Shown here one piece after another: positions 1-9,073 of a stretch of DNA of 64,000 nucleotides; positions within the stretch are counted from its first letter, which is position 1, and each line of letters starts with the position of its first letter. This DNA is from Candidatus Latescibacterota bacterium (GTDB lineage Bacteria; Latescibacterota; UBA2968), in NCBI GenBank assembly GCA_965208125.1, contig OZ242320.1, forward strand, positions 3,200,001 through 3,264,000, read 5' to 3'. The notes beneath the pieces were generated by a model. It ran no database searches, was not told the DNA's origin, and worked only from the letters and a program-made list of their open reading frames with translations. Position numbers and translations under genes: made by a program.

Positions 1-2
1 AG

Positions 3-143
3 ATTCTGTCCACACGTGAACTGGCGCGTGTTTCAGATCGCATCGATCAGGTGCGAAAGCTGGATTTGATCGGTCAGGCCATGTCGCAGGCGATTACAGA
101 TATCGAACTATCGCTCGCCCTCGCCGTGCAGATGATGCCGTGA
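3..143 (+). CDS. 3' end of a CDS entering from outside the window (unknown product)
   Basis: Open frame ILSTRELARVSDRIDQVRKLDLIGQAMSQAITDIELSLALAVQMMP ending TGA at 141-143, followed by a terminator hairpin. Confidence 0.6.
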   Translation: MLSTRELARVSDRIDQVRKLDLIGQAMSQAITDIELSLALAVQMMP

Positions 144-156
144 AAAGTGTGAAGTG

Positions 157-196
157 AAAAGCCGCCTTGCTGGAACTTCAGCAAGGCGGCTTTTTT
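157..196. terminator. Bidirectional intrinsic terminator
   Basis: AAAAGCCGCCTTGCTG-gaactt-CAGCAAGGCGGCTTTTTT; long stem with A/T tracts between convergent genes. Confidence 0.85.
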
Positions 197-243
197 CAGG
201 TGTTTTCGGTGGGAGTTTCCCCTCGCGGATACTGAGGCAGAAG

Positions 244-531
244 TTACACGCCTTCGGCGATTATCACGGAGGCGGTGGCGGACCTCAGGCGGATCTCTTT
301 GAGTCTGGCGTATTCCGGGGAATTTAGCCACGTTCTCGCCTGTTCAACGCTGTCGAATTCCACTACTACCATGCGGTCGGGTATCCAATCGCCCTCTATC
401 GCCTCAGTGGCACCGCCTCGCACCAGGTATTTGCCACCGTGAGCCTCAACGGTCGCTGCAATCCCTTTTTGAAATTCAGCGAAGACTGCCTGGTCCGTTA
501 TTCCATTATTCAAAATTACATATCCAGCCAT
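244..531 (-). CDS. DUF1330 family protein
   Basis: 95 aa with HGGKYLVRGG, EGDW.PDR.VVVEF.S.EQAR.WLNSPEY motifs; GGAG RBS. Confidence 0.85.
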   Translation of the reverse strand: MAGYVILNNGITDQAVFAEFQKGIAATVEAHGGKYLVRGGATEAIEGDWIPDRMVVVEFDSVEQARTWLNSPEYARLKEIRLRSATASVIIAEGV

Positions 532-628
532 ATTGACTTCTCCTTTCGCATGTTATGTGAGCACTGCATAGATGGTAATGCCGATTTTACTATAAGCAAC
601 GATCTAAAGTTTTTGTCAACACTCTTTT

Positions 629-1681
629 TTATGGATTGGTGTCGCTCGTATCCTCAATGGATCCGTCTCTGGTTTGCAACCGCATCCCGGTGTTATTGGC
701 GCGCGTGCACCAGACTTGCCCCGAGATAGCAGCGTGTTTCCGTAAGGCTGTTAGCAACTGCGCTTTGACTACATCATCTGAGGTCTCATCGGCGTCGAAG
801 AATCCGAAGACTGTGGATCCAGTTGACGAAAGGCCACACCCAACAATGCCGGCCACCTCGTCAAACCCGCGCCGAACCGCCTGAAGCGGGGCGAGTTCTG
901 GCCGCTCCCAATGTCGCCGCTTCCAGCCAGTCTCCTGCAGGGCACTCAATGATGATCCAAACGCCGGCAGGTCGAACTCCAGGATCGCGGGCAGGAGTTG
1001 CATCAGGATCACATGCGACACCGCTTGAACCTCATTCAGCGGTATCGGTGTGTTAGCGACCATGAATTCAAGTTCTCGCTGGCCCGATAGCCCACCCAAA
1101 TCCCGAGGTCTGAACAGGACCACGCCCCAGTGAACTGGAAATTCGTAGCGAAGCAAGAGAGGCGGTTGACGCACATCGCGGGCAAAGCGGCTGGGTGCAA
1201 AGAAGTCCTTGTCCCGGTCAACGGAATGGCCGCCGTCCAGCAGCAGACCGCCCCATTGGAATGCACCAATGCCGATGCCCGACGTACCCCCTCGCGTCGA
1301 TATTTCTGTCAGTTTTGACTGTGACAGGTTCAGCTCGAAGCAGTGATTCAGTGCCGCCAGCAAGGACAGCCTCCACTGGGTACCCGAACCAAGCCCGTGA
1401 TGGTGAGGAATCGTCTCGTGGATAACGATCTGCAAGGCTGGATCAACATCCAGCAACTCGCTGCTGGCTATGAGTTCTCTCATCACGAACTTTCGTAGCC
1501 TGGCGTCGCCACCGCGCACGTTGGCGTGCCCGTGGGAGCAGAAGTCGAACGCGATTCCCGGTTGTTCCAGCGCAATACCGAGACCGCCGTCGATGCGACC
1601 CAGTTGACCGTTCATGTCAACGAGCGTGAAATGCAAACGCGACGGGGTGCTAATACGATTGTGAGTGAAGGTTGAGGACAT
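629..1681 (-). CDS. Beta-ribofuranosylaminobenzene 5'-phosphate (beta-RFAP) synthase-like protein, GHMP kinase superfamily
   Basis: TPSRLHFTLVD, GRIDGGLG, HHGLGSGTQ, RGGTSGIG, GGLLLDGGH motifs characteristic of the MptG/RFAP synthase family. Confidence 0.8.
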   Translation of the reverse strand: MSSTFTHNRISTPSRLHFTLVDMNGQLGRIDGGLGIALEQPGIAFDFCSHGHANVRGGDARLRKFVMRELIASSELLDVDPALQIVIHETIPHHHGLGSGTQWRLSLLAALNHCFELNLSQSKLTEISTRGGTSGIGIGAFQWGGLLLDGGHSVDRDKDFFAPSRFARDVRQPPLLLRYEFPVHWGVVLFRPRDLGGLSGQRELEFMVANTPIPLNEVQAVSHVILMQLLPAILEFDLPAFGSSLSALQETGWKRRHWERPELAPLQAVRRGFDEVAGIVGCGLSSTGSTVFGFFDADETSDDVVKAQLLTALRKHAAISGQVWCTRANNTGMRLQTRDGSIEDTSDTNP

Positions 1682-1792
1682 CGGCAGCCTCTGTGGAATT
1701 GACCGAGCAACAGGCGCTGGATACGAAATTGTGGTAACGCAGAAGTTACGCGTCTTCGACGATGGTAGATTTGATTCTATGTTCTGTCAATA

Positions 1793-3553
1793 CTATCGCG
1801 AGCCATCGACTTGTACCGTAATGATGTCTATGCCGTGATATTTCCGGTGGCGCACAGAAGACGCGTAATGCCGCAACAGGCGGAACGATATCTCGCTTTC
1901 CTCCGGAACCTCGACCTGTTCGCTCAGGTACGCCAACTGGTCTTCGATGTTCTCCTCTTCGAAGACCGCCAGGAACTCTATCTCTATTGTCCCGTTGTTG
2001 GGACGCGCAAAGAGGATCAACTTCGGCGCATTATCAGTCGCGTAGTTCCCCCCCAACTGTAACAGACTCGACAGTGCCTCCTCACCGGCGGCACGTAGCC
2101 GCTCCGTCGAAGCATCATTCCAGCCAATCCTGGAGGCGAGGTCGCAGAGTAATGCGTCAATCCTGGGCAGAGCGGAGATGTCCAACGCGGTCTCCAGGCG
2201 TCTGCGCCGCGGGTTGGTCAACTCTGTGAATGAGGTCATCAGAATCGCAGCCAGAACGCCGGCTGTCATGCCGTTGCCGAGTGATGCGCCCCACGTCTGG
2301 CCCAGCAGGTCCAGGAGGATGTTCTGATTCTCCAGGCCCACCCCGATCGAGAGCGCCAGGCCCACCGCCAGAGCCTTTCGATGATCGAGACCGTCCTGAA
2401 AGATTGTCCTCATACCTTCCACGAAGAGCAGACCCATTATCATCAACAGAAATGCCCCCATGACGTGACTGGGAATTGTGAGCAGGATAGTCGCCGCCTT
2501 GGGTAAGAACGCCAATCCGAATAAGATGCCCCCAATAATATATCCAACGCTGCGTGCTGCGACTCCAGTGAGGGTGATGAGCGACACGCAGGAAGGCGAA
2601 TAGATTATAGTGGGTAGCGTTCCCGCAATTCCGGACAGTAGCGCGCCCAGTCCGTTGGTGTTGAGTGTACCTTGGACCAGACGGAAATCGGTCGCCTGTG
2701 GCCTGCGCCGCGAAACCTGTTGAATGACAACGCTATCGCCGCTGGTCTTGATTGCGACTACGAGACTCACAATCACAAACACTGGCAGAAGTGCCCAGAA
2801 CTCCGCACCCGGTCTCAGATCGAGCCCCGCCCATGCTGCGATATCCGGCAGGTCAAACCAGGGCGCTTCAATTACTCGCTGAGCATCGTACAGTCCGAAG
2901 TATGCGGCGACCGCGCAACCCGCCGCGATTCCGATAAGTGGCGACCACAGCCGCCAAATCCCCGAAGCGCGCAGTGCCAGTGCTACGGCGACGGTCAATG
3001 TCACTGCGGCACTGACTATACCCGCGGCCAGAGGCATCCCTTCGGGCACCTCTTTCAGCCTGTCGAATGCGATTGACATGACTGTGACTGCTATCAGCAT
3101 GAGCGCTGTACCTGAGACGACCGGCGTGATAATGCGCCGCAGCAGCGGAAGCCAGGCGGCCAGTGCGAACTGCATCAGCGACGACACGACGATGAGACTC
3201 GCCAGCATGGACAGATCGCCCTCCTTTAGTGCCAGGACAGAGATCGCTATGAAGTGGGGTCCGGCACCTGTCATGAGTACCTGCCCCGCTCCCAGCCGTC
3301 CGACCCGACCAGCCTGTAGAGCAGTAATAACGCCACCGATTATAAGAGAGGAAAAGACGGCCCACGATAGGTAGTGATCACTCTGGTCGGCCGCACGGAA
3401 GATAATGGTTACAAACAACACCGTGTTGGCCAGAGTAAGCATGACACCCTGAAAGGCGACGCCAATCGACACTAAGGGAGGACACTGCTCGTCAGGCTCG
3501 TATTGGATGGTTTCATTTTTGTGCGCTATACTCAAATCTAACTCCCAATTCAA
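1793..3553 (-). CDS. NCS2 (xanthine/uracil permease, SLC23) family transporter fused to a C-terminal degenerate RsbW/HATPase_c-like domain
   Basis: About 450 hydrophobic aa with NCS2 hallmarks (YEPDEQCPP, ITPVVSG, LITLTGVAAR) plus a ~135-aa soluble tail aligning by eye with the RsbW at 10240. The true start may be TTG 3535 (GGGAG RBS). Confidence 0.8.
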   Translation of the reverse strand: MNWELDLSIAHKNETIQYEPDEQCPPLVSIGVAFQGVMLTLANTVLFVTIIFRAADQSDHYLSWAVFSSLIIGGVITALQAGRVGRLGAGQVLMTGAGPHFIAISVLALKEGDLSMLASLIVVSSLMQFALAAWLPLLRRIITPVVSGTALMLIAVTVMSIAFDRLKEVPEGMPLAAGIVSAAVTLTVAVALALRASGIWRLWSPLIGIAAGCAVAAYFGLYDAQRVIEAPWFDLPDIAAWAGLDLRPGAEFWALLPVFVIVSLVVAIKTSGDSVVIQQVSRRRPQATDFRLVQGTLNTNGLGALLSGIAGTLPTIIYSPSCVSLITLTGVAARSVGYIIGGILFGLAFLPKAATILLTIPSHVMGAFLLMIMGLLFVEGMRTIFQDGLDHRKALAVGLALSIGVGLENQNILLDLLGQTWGASLGNGMTAGVLAAILMTSFTELTNPRRRRLETALDISALPRIDALLCDLASRIGWNDASTERLRAAGEEALSSLLQLGGNYATDNAPKLILFARPNNGTIEIEFLAVFEEENIEDQLAYLSEQVEVPEESEISFRLLRHYASSVRHRKYHGIDIITVQVDGSR

Positions 3554-4830
3554 ACTAATTCTGCAGGGTCGTTGATGCGCGCGCCTTCAGGGGCAGAAAC
3601 TGAGCCTGTGAGCAATGGGTCGTCGGTTGTTTCCATCCAGGTTTGGAGGCGGTGGCGCAGGTCGTCTATTGCGTCTTGATGGTTGGGGTCAGAGGCGAGA
3701 TTGCTGGTCTCATGGGGATCAAAAATGAGGTCGTAGAGTTGTTCAGGGGGTTGGTTTTTCTGTCGCCAGCCCTGGGAGAGAAAGTAGGTTTTGCTGGGGC
3801 TGCCATCGCAGTTGATGTCGCCGGGACGCAAGGTGGGATACCAGTGGCGGATGTATTTCCATTTTTTGGTGCGAATGGCGCGTTGTGGATCGTAATAGCT
3901 GTGGTAGTTGATTTCTGCGAAAATTTCATCGTGGATTTCATCTGTTTCTTCGCGGACGAGTGGTAGTATGGATTTGCCTTGCAGCCAGTCTGGATGGTCT
4001 ATGCCGATCACATCGCACAAGGTGGGGAAGAGATCAATTTGAGAGACCATGCCATCGATGACTTTGCCGCCTGAAAAGCCCGGTCCTCGCATGATGAGCA
4101 TGACGCCGATGCCGTGATCGGTGAGGTTGCATTTCATCATGGGAAATGCGATGCCGTGATCGGTGGTGCTTATGACGATGGTGTTTTCGGAAAGTCCGGC
4201 GCGATCTATGGCGTTTAGGACGCGCCCGACTTCGGTATCGAGGATGCGAACACAGGTTTTGTAAGCGGCGGTGTCGTATCGGGTTTCGGGAGTGTCGGGC
4301 AAGGGCACGGGAGGTATGCAATAGCGCGGGTCGTCTCCAGGACCCGGTTCGGGAAAGCTGCGATGGGTGACGGTATATCCGACGTCGAGGAAGAAGGGCT
4401 TGTCGTGGGATCGGTTGAGAAATGCAATCGCCGCATCAGAGGTCGTCCGTTGATTTTTCGCTGTGTCGAATATTTCGTCATAACCGATTTCCGAGGGATC
4501 GGCTGCTGGGGGGCGACCGACGTGCTGAAAACCCGAGAGAGCGGTTGTATAACCCGCTTTTTTGAGCGTTTGAACGAGGTGATGGCTGTAATCGTTGAGC
4601 CGAAAACCCCGGTGGGCAAGCCCCAGCATGCCACAACTGTGGGGCCATTGTCCGGTCAGGAGTGCTGCGCGGCTCGGCGAGCAGGTCGGGTTGGCGCAAA
4701 ATGCCTGGCGAAAGAGAACGCCTTGTTCGGCGAGGCGCTGAAAATTTGGGGTGGGTATGGCATGCCCAAAGGGCTGAATGTAGCGACCCGTGTCGTGAGA
4801 GTGGATGTAGAGGATGTTTGGATGGGACAT
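3550..4830 (-). CDS. Cys-type sulfatase (sulfamidase-like)
   Basis: PNILYIHSHD, CSPSRAALLTG (CxPxR), TDHG, LYDLIFDPHE; start set at MSHPN after GGAG. Confidence 0.9.
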   Translation of the reverse strand: MSHPNILYIHSHDTGRYIQPFGHAIPTPNFQRLAEQGVLFRQAFCANPTCSPSRAALLTGQWPHSCGMLGLAHRGFRLNDYSHHLVQTLKKAGYTTALSGFQHVGRPPAADPSEIGYDEIFDTAKNQRTTSDAAIAFLNRSHDKPFFLDVGYTVTHRSFPEPGPGDDPRYCIPPVPLPDTPETRYDTAAYKTCVRILDTEVGRVLNAIDRAGLSENTIVISTTDHGIAFPMMKCNLTDHGIGVMLIMRGPGFSGGKVIDGMVSQIDLFPTLCDVIGIDHPDWLQGKSILPLVREETDEIHDEIFAEINYHSYYDPQRAIRTKKWKYIRHWYPTLRPGDINCDGSPSKTYFLSQGWRQKNQPPEQLYDLIFDPHETSNLASDPNHQDAIDDLRHRLQTWMETTDDPLLTGSVSAPEGARINDPAELV

Positions 4831-4849
4831 TGAATTCTCCTGTGAATTA

Positions 4850-6265
4850 TCACGCATGAGATAGATACGCTCGGAGGTGTTTGAGGGCGCGGCCATTGTC
4901 TATTGCTTCTCGCGTCTGTCGAATTGCATCGTGGGGATCGGCGGTGAAACCGAGTAGATGATCTGTGAGGGCTGCATTGAGTACAATGCGGTCGTAAACA
5001 GGGCCTTTTGCCCCAGAGAGAGCTGCAAGGCCGAGTTTGGCAAAGGTCTGTGCATCGACGGCATTGGGACGTGGATTTTGTGCGTAGTGAAAGCCATAAG
5101 TGGCGGGATTGATGTCGCAAGCATAAGTTTGATCGGCGCGAAAGCCCTGTGAAAAATTGATGGCGTTGCGCGTTTTATCGGTGGGTTTTCCCAGGCGCAG
5201 GGAAAAATGGCTGGTGCCCTCTTCCCCTTTGATAGCTACCGCGGATGTAAACCCGGTCTCGCGTGCGATTTTCAGAAGGGGGATTTCGTATCCCGAATGG
5301 TAATAACCGATGACAATGTGATTGCTGCCCGCACAGGTGAAGATTTGTTGCGCTTTTTCTGTGGCAGACCACGGAGGGCGTTTGCCTATGTGGGCGCGAA
5401 GGTCGCGGGCTGCGTAGGCCGCTGGCGCATATTCGCACTGGCTGATGTAGGCAAAGCCAATCTGGGGATTTTCGAGTCGTTCAGCTGCTTCTGAAAGCGA
5501 CAGATTGGTGCGGGCATTGAGGGCGTTGAGGATCTGTTCGTCAGTTACACCCCATTTGGGCGGCATGGTATCTACACCGTGAAGCACGGTGGGGCGACCG
5601 AGGGCTGCGCGCAGTGCTGCGACAAAAAGGGTGGGTTTGAAGTAGCGGGTTGAGCCATTGTAGGGTTGACCAAAGTGGGTGAGGTTATTCACATGCACTG
5701 TGTGGGCGCATTCGGGTGCAAAGGTCGAGTGCAAGTATCCGCGTACCTCGTCGTAGGATTCGAGGTTCATGCGCTGGCCAATCAGCGCGGCACCTTTGAG
5801 GCTGCCGCGAACGCTTTCGGTGAGAATGGCTTCGCACATAAGGCGCGTTTGGTCGTAGGTGAGATGACCTCCGGCGAGAATGGTTTTTAACGCGACAATG
5901 ACGGTTTGCTCTTCGGGTGATTCTGCGGGACAGTGATCTTTGAGGCCGAAGATGTATTGCAGGTCTGGTGAGAGGTGGGTTTGTAGAAGAGGGGTATATT
6001 GTTCAAAGGCATTGATTTCCGCCTGGCTCCAGGCTGTTTTAGGCGGGTAATTGCGCCGCAGACGCATGGCGGCAAAGAAGGATCCCATCTGGATAGCGGA
6101 GACTGGATGATGCGTTTTGTTTTGCAGGGTATTGAGGATGGTATCCAGTACGGGCTGAGGCTGTGGATCGCTGGATTTATTGCCCAGGGGACGAGATTGC
6201 GTGGGGCCTGTACACACACGCGCCTGGGCTTCGAGGACGAGGGGGTTGGGATCGAATAGTGGCAT
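4850..6265 (-). CDS. Anthranilate phosphoribosyltransferase-like protein (TrpD2/YbiB-type, non-canonical)
   Basis: Glycosyltransferase family 3 features (QMGSFFAAMRLR, GQPYNG, LHGVDTMPPK, IGKRP, KGEEG); lacks the TrpD GTGGD motif. Confidence 0.75.
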   Translation of the reverse strand: MPLFDPNPLVLEAQARVCTGPTQSRPLGNKSSDPQPQPVLDTILNTLQNKTHHPVSAIQMGSFFAAMRLRRNYPPKTAWSQAEINAFEQYTPLLQTHLSPDLQYIFGLKDHCPAESPEEQTVIVALKTILAGGHLTYDQTRLMCEAILTESVRGSLKGAALIGQRMNLESYDEVRGYLHSTFAPECAHTVHVNNLTHFGQPYNGSTRYFKPTLFVAALRAALGRPTVLHGVDTMPPKWGVTDEQILNALNARTNLSLSEAAERLENPQIGFAYISQCEYAPAAYAARDLRAHIGKRPPWSATEKAQQIFTCAGSNHIVIGYYHSGYEIPLLKIARETGFTSAVAIKGEEGTSHFSLRLGKPTDKTRNAINFSQGFRADQTYACDINPATYGFHYAQNPRPNAVDAQTFAKLGLAALSGAKGPVYDRIVLNAALTDHLLGFTADPHDAIRQTREAIDNGRALKHLRAYLSHA

Positions 6266-6452
6266 AGATGGAAAGTATTGCGGGGATGCGGTGTTGTCAA
6301 GAGATTGAAAACGCGAAGGGAAAGTGCAAGGGGAAAGTCACAGAGGGTGTAAAAGTGCTATACATCCCCCCAATTTGTTTGTATTATGTTTCCCATTAGT
6401 CGCAGGCCGTGTTTCGTTGGAGAGTATAAATCAGAAACTGAGGAATTTTCCA

Positions 6453-8003
6453 ATGTTTTTCAGGTGTTCTCGTTTCGCTTTTCTGATGGGACTGTTTCTG
6501 TCCCGTGATGCATTTGCACAGGAAGCTTTGGCTGGCGAGTCGTCTGGCGCGATACAGATGGTTATTGACGTATTGAATGCAGGCTTAAGTGCGATAACCA
6601 ATTTTCTATCTTCGATTATATTTTTTGATTTTGGCCTGGGTATTCCACTCGTCATTATTGTGCTCGTAGGTGGTGGCATTTATTATTCTTTTTATTGTCG
6701 CTGGATCTCTCTGCGCGGAATGAAACATTCGATTGATGTGATTCGCGGAGGGTATGACAATCCGGATCATCCCGGTGAAATTTCGCATTTTAAGGCTTTG
6801 ACCAGTGCGTTGTCTGCCACTGTGGGCCAGGGGAATATCGCGGGTGTAGCGATTGCAGTGAGTTCTGGGGGGCCTGGTGCTGTTTTCTGGATGATTGTCA
6901 CGGCTTTTTTTGGTATGGCGTCCAAGTTTGTATCCTGTACTCTGTCGGTGATGTACAGAAGAATCCATCCCGATGGGCGCGTGTCGGGTGGTCCGATGTA
7001 CTATCTGGAACAGGGCTTAAAAGAAAAAGGCCTTGGGATTTTGGGGCGCGTGATGGCCGTGATTTTTGCCTTGTTGACAGTTGGCGGTTCTCTGGGCATC
7101 GGCAATATGTTTCAGGTGAATCAGACAGTTGAAATGCTCGGCACTGTATCTGAGGAATTTAAGACCTATAACTGGGTTGTCGGGATTTTAATGGCGGGGG
7201 TAGTGGGCATTGTCATTAGTGGAGGTATCAAGCGCATTGGCACTGTCACAGCGGGCATTGTACCCTTCATGTGTGGGTTGTACGTGCTCACATCCTTTCT
7301 CATTATTCTCGCGCGTATTACCGAATTGCCCAATCTGATTGTGAATATCATTTCCCAGGCGTTTATACCTGAAGCCATATATGGTGGCTTCATGGGAGCC
7401 CTGGTTCAAGGAGTACGCAGGGCGGCTTTTTCCAACGAAGCGGGGTTGGGTTCTGCGGCATTTGCCCATGCGGCAGCCAAAACCGATGAACCCGTGCGTC
7501 AGGGGATAGTGGCGATGATTGGACCATTTATTGACACCGTTATTATATGTTTAATGACGGCATTGGTTTGTATGATTACGGGTGCGTATCTGTTGCCCGA
7601 ATTTCAAGGGCAAAGTGGATATCTCGTGGGAATCCAGATGACATCTGTGGCATTTGATTCGTTCGCGCCCGGGTCGCGTTATGTCATCGCAATTGTGGCA
7701 ATGTTCTTTGCATATACGACGGTGATCGCGTGGGCATATTACGGCGAGCGAGCGTGGGAATATCTTTTTGGATTGCGATCTACTCTGACGTATCGAATTG
7801 TTTTTGTGTGCTTTGTATTTATCGGGTCTGTCACCGCGCTAAAGAGTGTGGTCGATTTTTCTGACGCGATGATTTTTGCAATGGCGTTTCCGAATATTAT
7901 CGGCTGTATTATCATGAGTCCACAGATCAAAGACAGGCTCAACGAATACTGGGGGCGTTACAAGGCGGGTGAGATAAAGGCGTATCCGAGGAACACATAT
8001 TGA
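6453..8003 (+). CDS. Alanine/glycine:cation symporter (AGCS, AlsT-like)
   Basis: ALSATVGQGNIAGVA, GGPGAVFWM, GGPMYY, FSNEAGLGS, FIDTVIIC; start set at MFFRC after AGGA. Confidence 0.9.
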   Translation: MFFRCSRFAFLMGLFLSRDAFAQEALAGESSGAIQMVIDVLNAGLSAITNFLSSIIFFDFGLGIPLVIIVLVGGGIYYSFYCRWISLRGMKHSIDVIRGGYDNPDHPGEISHFKALTSALSATVGQGNIAGVAIAVSSGGPGAVFWMIVTAFFGMASKFVSCTLSVMYRRIHPDGRVSGGPMYYLEQGLKEKGLGILGRVMAVIFALLTVGGSLGIGNMFQVNQTVEMLGTVSEEFKTYNWVVGILMAGVVGIVISGGIKRIGTVTAGIVPFMCGLYVLTSFLIILARITELPNLIVNIISQAFIPEAIYGGFMGALVQGVRRAAFSNEAGLGSAAFAHAAAKTDEPVRQGIVAMIGPFIDTVIICLMTALVCMITGAYLLPEFQGQSGYLVGIQMTSVAFDSFAPGSRYVIAIVAMFFAYTTVIAWAYYGERAWEYLFGLRSTLTYRIVFVCFVFIGSVTALKSVVDFSDAMIFAMAFPNIIGCIIMSPQIKDRLNEYWGRYKAGEIKAYPRNTY

Positions 8004-8290
8004 TAACCCTTATTAAGACAGGTTGACCATCACAGGTGAACCCGTTTTGTTTGTACTAAAAAGGTGAAAGACGAGTAATATGTTATTTTACAACTTGTCG
8101 TGTATTGCGAAATAAGAGTTAAAAAAAGATTTGACTTTCGCATAGACAAGTAATATTTTAGCTGAACTTCTCAATTCCCTGCAAGAATACATCTCGCTAT
8201 GGGGCGCAATGGCTCTTGACCAAAATTTTCTGCTCGCGATGTGCAGCAAGAGCTTTCGTAGATAATTTTCACACATCAGGATATGGATCC

Positions 8291-8629
8291 ATGGAGATTA
8301 AAACCCAAAGAGAAAATGGCATTTTAATCGCGAACGTGAATGGCCGGGTTGATAGTGCCAATGCCCGCGAGTTCGAAAATGTGTTAAGCTCCGCAATCAG
8401 TGACGACGATACATGCGTGGTCGTAGATTTTGGGGGGCTTTCTTACATTAGTAGCTCGGGCCTGCGGGTCATTTTGCTGGTTGCCAAGTCACTCCGGAAT
8501 CGCAATGCGGAATTCGCGCTTTGCTCGCTTTCTGGTCCCATCGGAGAGGTCTTCAAAATCAGCGGATTTGACAAGATCATTTCGATCTACGACTCACAGG
8601 CAGAGGCTTGCGCCGCACTGGGCGGATAA
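8291..8629 (+). CDS. STAS-domain anti-sigma factor antagonist (RsbV/SpoIIAA-like)
   Basis: 112 aa; GRVD, VDFGGLSYISSSGLR (phosphoacceptor Ser), VFKISGFD. Confidence 0.9.
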   Translation: MEIKTQRENGILIANVNGRVDSANAREFENVLSSAISDDDTCVVVDFGGLSYISSSGLRVILLVAKSLRNRNAEFALCSLSGPIGEVFKISGFDKIISIYDSQAEACAALGG

Positions 8630-8651
8630 TTCGCTTTATCGCGTGTGCTCT

Positions 8652-8681
8652 CAAGCCATAGATGAGAGTTTGGCTTGTTTT
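8652..8681 (+). terminator. Possible intrinsic terminator after the STAS gene
   Basis: CAAGCCA...TGGCTTG followed by TTTT; large loop. Confidence 0.4.
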
Positions 8682-9073
8682 ATATATTGCACAGACCGAT
8701 TTAGACCCGCCATGCTTACTGTGTGCTTCCCCAATCGGGTTGCAAGCGTTATCTGACCCACCAATCCGATTTTCCTGTGTATCTGGTCCATAGATCACTT
8801 TCCAGGGTATTTCTCATGCCCCGTATATCCGCTTTCAAAACCTCCCGAATAACAGCCAACCTTCTACCGGGTGTCGCGCAGTTTGTCATTACAAAATGAC
8901 CGGTCTGGCATCTATCTACTTTAGTAACTCTCCCCGGAACCCTTTCCACACAAGTGAGTAAAAAAGATAGGTCCATTAAGCGAGGACTTTTGCTATCGCA
9001 ATCATTAGTGCTCCGATCAAATAATGCACAACATCAGTATAAGTAAGACACCATTAATCTAAGAGGCGCGTAT

